From Paraglomus brasilianum (Eukaryota), in contig CAJVPI010000217.1 in the NCBI GenBank assembly GCA_910592345.1, forward strand, positions 1 to 41,893: a DNA stretch of 41,893 bases, read 5' to 3'. The notes beneath the pieces are model-generated. The model saw only the letters and a program-made list of their open reading frames with translations. It did not search any database and had not been told where the DNA came from. Position numbers and translations under genes: made by a program. Below, piece after piece: positions 14,671-25,126 of this stretch. Each line of letters starts with the position of its first letter. Positions within the stretch are counted from its first letter, which is position 1.

Positions 14671-15830
14671 ATGGAGCAGCAACAGCCTATTATGATCAAT
14701 TGCAAGTTTTTCGTGGTGGCAATCCAGGCTTCTTCTCAGTGCGCATTCCACATCCATACTACGTCCTGAACTCAAGGAGGCGATTCGCATATTATGGGCA
14801 AATGAATTGAGAGACGTTAACTCACAAACCTCACAGGCATACGATTCCATCAATCAACATATTGGGTCCCGCCTGATCCTACGTTAGCAGACTCGCAGTC
14901 TGCAAGAAGTCCACGTTTGTATCGAATATCCACTCGGTTAAGTAGTGTGAACATCGGGGTCATATGTATTTTCCTTGGGGCATCCTCCACAAGGGCCACC
15001 ATTCACATGTTGCATTGGAACCATTAGTAATTGACCAATCACTTCACTCATTTCTCCTATTATTGTAGTTGTCCTAACTGCTTTATTGCCTTCCTGAAGA
15101 TATGTTCCCTATCAGAATAGGAAAGGAAGAAATTGTTATCAATCTTTATGAGCACATTACAAGACTGAAACCACCTGCTACCAGCTCTGGAATGTCAACA
15201 TTCTCTTTGAGGATATCAGAAATTAACTAGAAGAGGAACTTACAGGGGAGGCTTTACAGCTTACATCCACAATTCTCGAAATATATCCCACTCCCAACAA
15301 CTTGTTGGTCAGTAATATTAGCCATAATTTCTATAGCGGGTTTATTTGATCTGCAGTTACTTCACTAATTGCATATTAATGTATTAGTATTAATATTCTA
15401 ACCAATCACCTATCCACACTTATCATCACAAGCCCATAACTGCTTCAGCAATTGGGAGTCATTTTTACAACAATAATGAAGGTTTTATTAAAGACATTTT
15501 GCAATCTTAATCTGCAAGAAGGCTCTCTAAACATAATACATAAAAATACTGTTGTTTTTGCAAGTCTACAGGTAAGCAATATTAGTATGTCATCAAGTAC
15601 CCTTTTAAACATTCTGATGCTGTGCCATAAAGACTATAACAATTCTCATCTCTTTTATAATACCGCAAAGCTCGCATATGATTCACCAACATGGAGGTCA
15701 AGGAGGTTGGTTTGACAGAAGCCTACAAACTTACTGCTGACATTCTTGAGGTTCTCCAGAACCTTCATGTTTATGGTTATGTTCACAATGATATCCCATC
15801 ATCAATATGGGTGGGATATGCCTAAATTAA
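14671..15830 (+). pseudogene. Frameshifted Crinkler (CRN)-like N-terminus plus protein kinase relic
   Basis: Across frameshifts: MINCK-FRGGNPGFFSVRI-PTSILRPELKEAIRILWANELRDVN, then PPQG-TIHML (HVLV-like motif, ~14985-15012); kinase catalytic-loop segment ADILEVLQNLHVYGYVHNDI at ~15736-15795. Confidence 0.55.
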
Positions 15831-15989
15831 TACAAGTACAATTGACTCTGTTTATACCGAACCTATTTATACCGACATCCAATAAAAAACCACCCGAATT
15901 TTGTCTAAATGTAACGAACTGTAATATCTAACTTCCGAATGCTATTGAATCTTCTGACTGATCGTACTGAATCGCTATGTGATAACGAT

Positions 15990-16240
15990 GTGGAAAACCT
16001 TAATGCCAGTAATCGTCACTACCGCTTTCTGACCTTTTATGAGTGAGCCATAGAGTCGTAAAACGTAATGAGGAGTTCGGTTAATATACTCATTTGATTC
16101 CTCTACATCAACGGGCATAAATGGTACGTTTTGGTGATTGGCTAAAGCGTTTTCAAGAATCATAGTTAACCCCTCGTCATTTTCTGCGACTATATCATTG
16201 CGAGTAGGAATGACCGGTAAATAGTCTTCACCGAAATATC
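15990..16240 (-). pseudogene. N-terminal fragment of an asfarvirus-like (NCLDV) family-B DNA polymerase
   Basis: YFGEDYLPVIPTRNDIVAENDEGLTMILENALANHQNVPFMPVDVEE..YVLRLYGSLIKGQKAVVTITGIKVF resembles the recalled ASFV PolB N-terminus pattern (R..IVA..FMP.D..YGSL.NG.KA.V.I..I.VFF); intronless and truncated. Confidence 0.7.
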
Positions 16241-16454
16241 AAAATAATTTGGTTGTTTTTACGTTTTCTCGGTAAAAGGCAGCGTCATTACTGAGCTCAG
16301 AAGCAACAATGTTTTGCGTTTCGTTCGTGTTTTTCCATTGCAAGTGCACTCACGATTTTTCAAAAGTATATTATCGGGTATAGAAAAGTTCAAATAAAAA
16401 AAAATAATTAATTGATTATCTATTAGAAACATTAATGTTAGATAAGTATGGAAT

Positions 16455-16935
16455 ATGGTGCCCATAATGTGCCGGTATTTTCTTTGCGGTCTTGTGGAAG
16501 CTAAAGAAATCGCTCACAGTAGAGGAGGTATGTCTTTCTACAGAATATGTAAATCTCTGTGTTCTGATGCAATAGATGTGCAATAAAGGTCATGAACGGT
16601 TTGCGAGTTTTAATTGTACCGAAGTATTCTAAAACGCGGTGCGGTGTCCATATTGCTTAAATAAACATGAAAACTTATGTCACGAAGTCATAACTAATAT
16701 TCTTGACCCACCTTCCAGCATCCACCGATTAGACTTCTTAAAAACGCTCAAACATTCCCGGGGATTAGAACTCGACATTTACTATTCGCTGTATGGATTT
16801 GCCATAGAGGTACAAGGTAAACAACACGTAAAATACTTCCACAAAAATGAGGAAGACTTTGAGAAGCAATTGATACACGACCAGCTTAAGAGAACTCTGC
16901 GATGAGAATCGGAGATCCGTATATAGTTATATGCC
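16455..16935 (+). pseudogene. Zinc-ribbon-repeat PD-(D/E)xK restriction-endonuclease-like protein (NCLDV type), degraded
   Basis: WCP*C, EAKEIAHSRGG.(C)LSTEYVN, CNKGHE, CPYC repeats, then GLELDIYY..GFAIEVQGKQH..FEKQLIHDQLK-ELCDEN..DPYIVI; frameshifts and a deletion. Confidence 0.7.
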
Positions 16936-17609
16936 AATCATAGTCGGAGACCAAAAAAGAATCCGTAAAAAATGCCTGGGCTGTTGTGATAACTTTACCT
17001 GTTATAAATCCAAGAACTACGATTATTGCTCTGCTTGCGAAATAAATGGTAGTCGCTTCCGAAGAATCTTAAGGTGCCAGGTGTTATATAAACGCGTTAT
17101 CATGTAATCCATATAAGCATTGCTCTTACCAAGAATTTCCCTCTATGATTTATTATTATGTTACAAACGCGTCATGACACACTATCGGGGTAAGTATTTA
17201 TTAGTATTTATGTTCTTCACTATATCAAATGCTCTAAGCGCTGAATTAAAAGTTTTGATTCGGAACTTAAACCAGGAGCAAAAAGGCACTAACGATGCAA
17301 CGTGATTTGCAGGTCAGTATTACGAAACAGCAAATGTACGCCACGACATGTATACTTTGCTTTATAGTGTGGTGTGCTACGCCCTGCGCTGCCGGTGCGG
17401 GGAAGAAGAGTGTCTGGTCTTTACATCACTGCAGCGTGCATATTTTGCTTTTTCGTGGGAGCTGTACCCTATGACCGCTGGTCGTGTTGAGGAAGCGAGT
17501 CACTCACAATCTAGCCATATACTCGTTGTGACTTGTGCTGTTCCCTACTGGCTTAGCAAATTTTTTGCTAATTTTTTTTTTTTTTACTTTCGTTTATTAA
17601 TATTACGGA

Positions 17610-18125
17610 AACATCTTGAAGGTCCACCTTCTTATGATACAATACAATTACACAACATCGAAGACGAGGAGTCTAATCCAACCGTTGAAGAACTAGTATG
17701 CATTTGATCCACATATTGCCACATTACTCCTACCATATAGAAGAGTTCTTGAAGAAATGAGGAATCATCACGTAAAACAAGAATCACAACGAGGCCGACA
17801 CTTATCTAATATGCTTAAGTGGTCTGTTGTGGAACATTCTTTGTTTAATGGATTCAAGTTTGTTGTCAGCTTATCAAGACCGGCTGTTAAGCATTGCTTA
17901 ATAAGAAAAGAAATATATGCAATGGAACGTTATTAGCAACCTTGCACCGTCTTCCTAAGAGAGCTGTCGAGTCACGTCCAAAAAGTGATACAGAATTCAC
18001 TCCTCAGGCGAGAAGAGTTAGATATATTGATGTTTGTTTGAATAATGATAATAATGAGGTTCATTATAATTAGGATTTAGACTGAACGCAAGGTATACAA
18101 TCATTCTTTGACTGTCCTGGAAAAA
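17610..18125 (+). pseudogene. Decayed ORF of unknown family
   Basis: GPPSYDT..EESNPTVEELV..HIATLLLPYRRVLEEMRNHHVKQESQRGRHLSNMLKWSVVE..RAVESRPKSDTEFTPQARRVRYIDVCLNND; stops and frameshifts. Confidence 0.45.
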
Positions 18126-18283
18126 TAAAAATAATTTTGGATTACATCTGTTTATTTAATGCCTCAGGTACATAAGATGAACTGGTTAATATTGCCAGAT
18201 GATATACAAAAAATTGGTGTAATGTTGATATACTTGATGAAAATTTACAAGGTAGGAATTTATTCTTATTGATTTAACTAGTA

Positions 18284-18790
18284 CTATAGCAAAAATATCT
18301 TCGCAAGGATGGGACCAAAACTTGATTTCAGATATTCAAGATATTTTTCAGCTTCTTGTAATTCTATCTTCTTTTCCTCAACCTTATATCGCAATTTCTT
18401 ATTGGGTTTGACCCACTCCTCATGTTCTATAGTAATTTCTCGCATAAATCTGCCAAAAGTTTTTTCATTATATTCCAATAATCGCCGAAATAAAACATCA
18501 ACCTCTTTCTTAATCCGGCGATTGATCTTCTCCTCTTAGTGTTGGTATTTTGGGTTTGTACTCCGTGATCGGTCATTATCATTATCATGTCTATATTATA
18601 TGCTGTATGTGTGATAGTGGCCAACTTCGCCTCTGGTATTTTAATTTTTTTTTATATCTATTAACCTCATGTCTTAAAAAGGATTCGACCAATGAATTCA
18701 CTGAACTGGCATCTTTTCCGTCATTGGATTTCGCTTTCGAGAAACAGTACGACTCCAAGCAATTGATGAATCAGATCAGAATATGCTTTA
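18284..18790 (-). pseudogene. Decayed coiled-coil ORF of unknown family, convergent with the previous relic
   Basis: SGKDASSVNSLVESFLRHEVNRYKKK..KINRRIKKEVDVLFRRLLEYNEKTFGRFMREITIEHEEW..ELQEAEKYLEY, read across frameshifts. Confidence 0.4.
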
Positions 18791-19014
18791 TTAAATTTCA
18801 TGATATATAGTAATAGTATCGAGAAACTAATATTATATTTTACAAAGTTATTATAATAAATATATATAATTTGTGTCGCCATACAATTTCCGTAATTATA
18901 TAATTTACGTCGGATCACCCCAAAACGCCATTTATATACTGTACATAAAGATCGAACCAGCCGGTGAGCATCAAATCCATTTCGATAATAACACTACACA
19001 CGCTTTTCAAAGCA

Positions 19015-19017
<3 letters not shown>

Positions 19018-19097
<80 letters not shown>

Positions 19098-19100
19098 CTC
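19018..19100. repeat. Compound microsatellite (CT)n followed by (CTAT)n
   Basis: About 60 bp of pure CT, then ctat repeats. Confidence 0.97.
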
Positions 19101-19369
19101 TTCTCCTTCCTCAACGACACAAGATCCCATTTCAACCAAAATCGACGATTTAACATCAAAGGTAAACGACCTAATAAACACAACTATGGTTTGATTATTC
19201 ATGGTATAAATGGTGATAATATAATGATAATAATTTTTATTTTCATATTCATTTTACATTTATTCTTGTTATTGCCGTTTTTCTTCATTATTTCTTCTTT
19301 TTGTAAACAAAAGTAAATTTAATATATTAGATTTTCCTTAAATATTTATCAGTAAATATATTCATTTTA

Positions 19370-19600
19370 GAGTGGTGCGAGTGCAGTGCATATCCGTTGG
19401 AAGGGTGTTATCAAGGCATCACCGTAAAAGAGTTAGTACGATTGGTATCTTGATTATCCCATCCAAAGATAAATTTTCTGCTGAGGCAGAAAGAAGAGCA
19501 AAATCATCAAATTCCATATCATCTTAACAGATGAAAACGATTGGTACTTGGATTTGATCGAATTTGTCGAACGACTCGACATGAATATATTTCATTGATT
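19370..19600 (+). pseudogene. Mrr/RRG7-like restriction endonuclease C-terminal relic
   Basis: LEG-VLSRHHRKRVSTIGILIIPSKDKFSAEAERRAKSS-FHIILTDENDWYLDLIEF with two single-base frameshifts; fits the Mrr-like pattern LEGVLSR..GILV....F...A...A..S. Confidence 0.55.
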
Positions 19601-20068
19601 GCTTATACTTATAAGAAAATATTCCAGTTAGTGAGGATTTCTATGATCCACCATCAATTTTACTACCTGCTGGATTAAATGTGCTATTATTATTGTATTA
19701 TAATTAGGGAAATTATTTACGCAGTAACGATCTCATACGTGATTTGTAATAATATTCAAATTTAAAATAAAGTGAAGTCTTACACTATTGAATTTGAGTC
19801 GTAACACTGCGGAATTATCCTGGGAATGGACATATTTAATTATAATTTTTCGGCATATACAGTATTTTCGCGCTTATATTTTCCACAAGAGAGTTGTACC
19901 AAGTATGATTTTTACCAAACCTCCAGAGCAATGTGTTTTACGGTTGGTGTATTACATTAGATAAACATTCTCCGTTTTTACTATTGTAAAATGAGACAAA
20001 CAGGATCAAACTCAAATACCGAGAAAATAGCAAGAATCTTCGTTTGCACAACTAGATCTAAGGTAGAC

Positions 20069-20370
20069 AGGGGTAATTTGGCGAAGTCAAAGTTCCTACT
20101 AAGTAAAAATTTTTATTAACCCGTTTATAACTTTTGATATTCAGAGTTAATAAACTAGAACATATTTATAATAGATGCAATGCAAATAGAAAGGGATTGT
20201 AAAATTGAATTGGTACAAAAATCGTCGTTCCGTAAATGGTCTGTAAAAATCGAGATTTTAAAACAAAAGGGGTAATTTGGCAAATTCACAAAAAACCCTT
20301 CAGTAAAACCAAAAAATTACAGCACTATTAGAAGCATTTAAAAAAGAACAGGGTCAAAAAATTTGCTTTT
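20069..20370. repeat. Repeat-element remnant: two AGGGGTAATTTGGC motifs 199 bp apart plus a ~60-bp segment shared with 39661-39724
   Basis: Motif at 20069-20082 and 20268-20281; aattacagcactattagaagcatt is identical at 20315-20338 and 39671-39694. Confidence 0.65.
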
Positions 20371-20840
20371 TATTTCTATTTCCGTCTATTTTAGCGATCT
20401 TTTTATTCTCTCGCCTTTTGAGCCCCGATTTTCATTTCTTTCCGTTAAAACGCCGTAGATTTAAAGATGGCAACACATAATGAACACGTATTATATATAA
20501 CGTGCGTACAATTTTGCATGTATTTGTGATGACTATAAATCTTCTTGTTTTTGATCCTAATCGACTCCATTATAATAATTCTGTAATCGCCAATGAATAT
20601 GTGTGCATGAATTGTGATGTTTGCTACATTTGCAAAAGGATACACCAGGAGTCTCGTTGGTTTCGTAGTAAAGTCACATTTTTCGGCCTTTTTTTTTTTT
20701 TTAAAATGATGCCTACATATCTCCGTAGTCAATCGATATCCCAAGCCACTTTACTCTTTTCTATTAGCTAGACGTAAGATCTTATTCCTAATGTAGATTG
20801 TGTCCCTTGCTAGAAATACGGTAGCTAGATTTAGCGCATA

Positions 20841-20870
20841 TTTATTTATTTATTTATTTATTTATTTATT
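20841..20870. repeat. (TTTA)n microsatellite
   Basis: Seen directly. Confidence 0.95.
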
Positions 20871-21429
20871 CAACTTGTAAGCTAGGCGATAGTGAGAGTA
20901 AATGCTATCAGCGATATAATCTGTCAATTGTTATATAAACAGACACTGACCAATATATATTTTGAGCAGCTAGACAGCATATAATACTTTTACTGAGTTT
21001 TTCGATTTTCAGCGGAATAAGGTATTTCCTGACGAATATGCGAGCCCTGAAAAAAAAACAGCGTCGTCGCAGCAACAGCGCAGCATTCTGAGACTGGAAG
21101 GATGACAAGATCCCTATACTACAATTAGACGAAAATTATATTATTGTTATTGGCATAATCGGAAAACGCTGGAACTCCAAGTGTATCAAAAACGTGGTTA
21201 TCGTGACGAGTCGTACGCGTAATATAATTATGATTCGTATCACACAGGCCCATAATGAAGCGATGATGAGAAGAACCCTGTGTTTAGTCCATCGCGTTCA
21301 CACTGAACCAGCAGACGTCTTAAAAAAACTTTCTATTGCTGGAATCACAACAGACCTCTGTGTCAAGAAATTTATCTCTGCTTGGCATCGGCAGAACTTA
21401 CTTTGCAAATATGAGAAACCATTTAATTA

Positions 21430-21800
21430 ACATGACAATATCAAAGAATGCCTCAATGAAAAACCAAAATGGTAATTGACAAAAATGTTGCTACATTAAC
21501 ATCAGTGAAAACTATGTTGAAGTTCACGGTTTACCAAGCCCTGGTAGAAACATCACCCAATTGCTTATTTTACCAGCAAAAACGAGCTACAAATCGGTCT
21601 ATCGCAGGTCTTGAAGACAATAGCATTTGAAATTGCTAAAATATTAAGCATTTCGCAAGTTATAGCATCAACTGATGCTCAAATTCAAATCACTAGTCCA
21701 AGAACAGATTTATGTGATACTTGTCAACATTTTTACAATAATGCTCGTAAGGAAGAAGAAGTGAGAGACTTACTGAAAAAATATACAAAGAACATCTAGA
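21430..21800 (+). mobile_element. Degenerate DNA-transposase fragment (Sola-like)
   Basis: ENYVEVHGLPSPGR..LILPAKTSYKSVY..QIQITSPRTDLCDTCQHF; the PxxDxCxxC and HGLPxPGR patterns are recalled from Sola-type transposases; frameshifted. Confidence 0.6.
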
Positions 21801-24800
21801 AACTATTCTAAAGACGCGGAGCCTTGTTTTCAGCGCTCTAGAAGGGGGTACTTTTTCAAAAAGCAGGAGTTGGTTTTCTTAGACCGTTAGCCTCTATGTT
21901 CTGACACATTCTGCATTGTCTTTCATGCATTCGCACGGAAAACGGGCGTCTCTGTTTTATGAGAAGAGAATAACATCACGTGATTATAATATTGATAAAG
22001 GAGACATCTCACAATTTATGATGGTTATAATAAATGAAAATCCGTTTAAATAGTCATTCTTATTCTTTAAATAGAGGATTTCCACCATAATGTCGATCGA
22101 ACACGAGACTCGTACGCCCGAATGAAAAGAGTTAATCGCTATTTTAACATGTGCTTGTGGGGAACATCATCCACGACTGACTGCTACATGCCAACATTTT
22201 GCGAACAAATTTGTTACATTATGTATGTTGCAGTTTTGTATAAAATGTGGGTAACACAGAACACAAAAGAATGTTTGCGATGTTAAAATATAACATAAAT
22301 AAGTATACGGAATATAATTGGTCCTTATGGAACTTTTATGTTATGTATTAAAAATATCTATTACTATTATTAACATTAAATTTGTTATCATTGTTGCAGT
22401 GTCATTTGGGAATCGTCATCATTGTTACAGTTATTGTTGTATTATATATTTTGATTGTTTCTCCTCATTGACATAAATTAGAGTTGGTCAAACAGGGTAA
22501 TTCTGCAGGCATGACACACGGTAATTCGTCGTTTTTTGGGGACAACGTAGTTCTTACAGCGATGTAACGCTTCCCCATATGCTGCTTCGCCGCAGACACA
22601 AATCTGTACCGAATTTTCTTGTATACAGCGGTTAATAGCAATGCCTTTTTCAACGTCCCAAGATTTGTTAGTAAATAAGGTGTGTCACCGAGAAAAGAGG
22701 GATTGTGGGAAGTGATCCGATGACTGGAATGTGGCCATGACTCATCGAGGATGGCGTGGACTACATGGACCGATAAGGAGTACCGCGTACTGTAATGAAC
22801 TAACAAGTGCCATATGAATAAGGAGATTGAAATAACTCAAGTCACATGTAGTACAATTATGAAATGTATACTACACAATATGCGATATGATATAATTAAT
22901 ATAAATATATATATTAATATCATCAGTATAAATTATATTTGTAATTACATTCTCAACAATACAACGTCATTGGTCAATTTTATCAAAAAACTCGATAAAT
23001 AACCCTCCACCGACTTTGCACTCATCAATTTGGGATCCTCTCCAATCAGCATTTGCGTCTTCGACTCTCCAGAGGGACCAAACCACAAGCTCACACAGCT
23101 ACTGTTGCTCTGAGTTGTTGTGTGTCGCTTACAAACAAGATAAAAAAAAAAACATTAAATAAACGGAACTCCTTTAAAGGAGAATTCTCTCCCTGCAAGG
23201 AGTTTTATTCTCTATTCTCTCTCTCCTCTTTCGCTTTCCCCCCCTTTCATTCTCTCGCTTCCTCGCCAAACTCGAGAGTTTTCTTGTGGTGTCGTTTGTT
23301 TGCGTCGGAATAATCGGTACTTTTTTCTACTTTTTATTCTGCATTGTAGTAAGATAATAATATCTAGAGTGTGAACAGGTCAGAAAACGAGTAGTAGTAG
23401 AGAAGGAAATAACGTCAAAATCAAGGACAAGAATGTTCCATAGCCGATAGTATAGTATGTATATTAGTATTAGTATAAATATAGTTTTGCTATTATTGCC
23501 GACTCTTGCTGTCGTCAGCCGTGGTGTGTTTAACTCTTATCATACACACATTGCATTGCATACTCTTATTTTTACTGTTTATTGTAAACACTCTCTATTC
23601 AGTGCTCAGCCTGTAAACACTCTTACATATTATCATATTACTAAATATATAATCGAGAACAACGTCGGCGGGAGGGTGGGAACCAAAACGCACAAAGTGT
23701 CGTTACCCCGACGTTGTGAGTCACCCCTTTCATATAGATTACTAACCACCATATTCGGTATTCTACTTACTTTATTTGGGTTATTCTCGATATATACATG
23801 TTGGACCATTCCACGCTCCACCTCCCTCTCCTTCCCGCAACACACACCTTCCCCTACGCCGCGCCACCCAAACTATAACAACACCTATTTGACAATCTTC
23901 AACGCGTGTATGTAACAGTGCCGGACGGATTTCCCGAGTTGACAGCGACTAAGAGAATTTACACTCGTCCAAATAAAGCGTCCCCTCACTCCTTTGGTCG
24001 ACACTTTCTGGTTGCTGTTAGTCTATCCACGTCAACCAGTCTTGCCGAAAACAAGCCAAGAGAAGAACAGAAAGAGAACCAATTATACGGAACGCGGTCG
24101 GTATTCAGCTCCCAATTATCGTTAACACGCATTAATAGTAGCCGGCTGTCAGATTGTCTGTGTCGAGTTCTGTTAGTCTGTAGTTACTGTAGTGGCAACG
24201 TGAAGAATTTGCTTCCTGGCAAACAAATAATGTTCTAAAGTTCATCACATAATCAAGTATTTTATTATTAGTTGGTCTGTCGTTCACAGTTCAACTACGT
24301 TCTTATAGTAATGCGAACATTCTCACTCTTTTAAACTCCAGACATTCTTCATTTGGTATCGTGCTTCAAACATAACAATTCTAATAACCACGATTCCTAT
24401 CCAGTCTTTTCAATATTCTACTTATTTACAACTATTTTACTACATTTATTACACCCATCTTCGCCCTTAAAAGATTTATCTTTTATTCTGTAATATAGCC
24501 AATTATACATATCATTCTATACATACCTCCCTTTCCCCTTACTTCTTTCCCCCTTCGCTTTTTATTTTATTTTCTTCTATTCTTTTTATCTACTGCTGGC
24601 TTTGGTCAGTATGGCGTTTTAAAAGAGGAACCTTATCGTAAAAGATGCTCAATATTTCATTCAATCAAGCCACGCTTTCATCGACAGCAAAAAAACAGGA
24701 ATCATCTGTTTCATCAGTGCTATCTTACACCAATCTTTGCAGCAACAACCACAACCACAACCACAACCAGGACGACAACATCAACAAATCGACAGTAACA

Positions 24801-25126
24801 AAACCCTCAGCAAGCATTCGACAAAAGTTTCTCTCCTAACGTTATCAGTGTAACAAGTCAGCTCAAACTCTCAGGATTATTCTCACTCTATTCAACCGTT
24901 GCATTATAATAAGCCTTCCGGACTTCGGTCCATTTGAAAGCAAACTCAAGCCGGTTCTTGAAGCAAGCAAAACTATAATTAACATCAATATTTTATCTTT
25001 GCTCCCGTAAACACGCAAAAAAAATTATATATTTACAAAAAAACCCCCCAGAAAAAAAGTAATTAACAAAACAGAACGACATCCAAATTAGCCAGTCTAA
25101 TCTATACGGACATTATATATTACGAA

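Noticed and set aside
18873..19316. 147-aa and 76-aa ORFs with SLSLSL runs
   Set aside because: Kept open by the CT microsatellite; no coherent coding signal
22465..24238. Several 70-150 aa ORFs on both strands upstream of the kinase
   Set aside because: No motifs, splice structure or consistent strand; none resembles the missing MTR4 N-terminus
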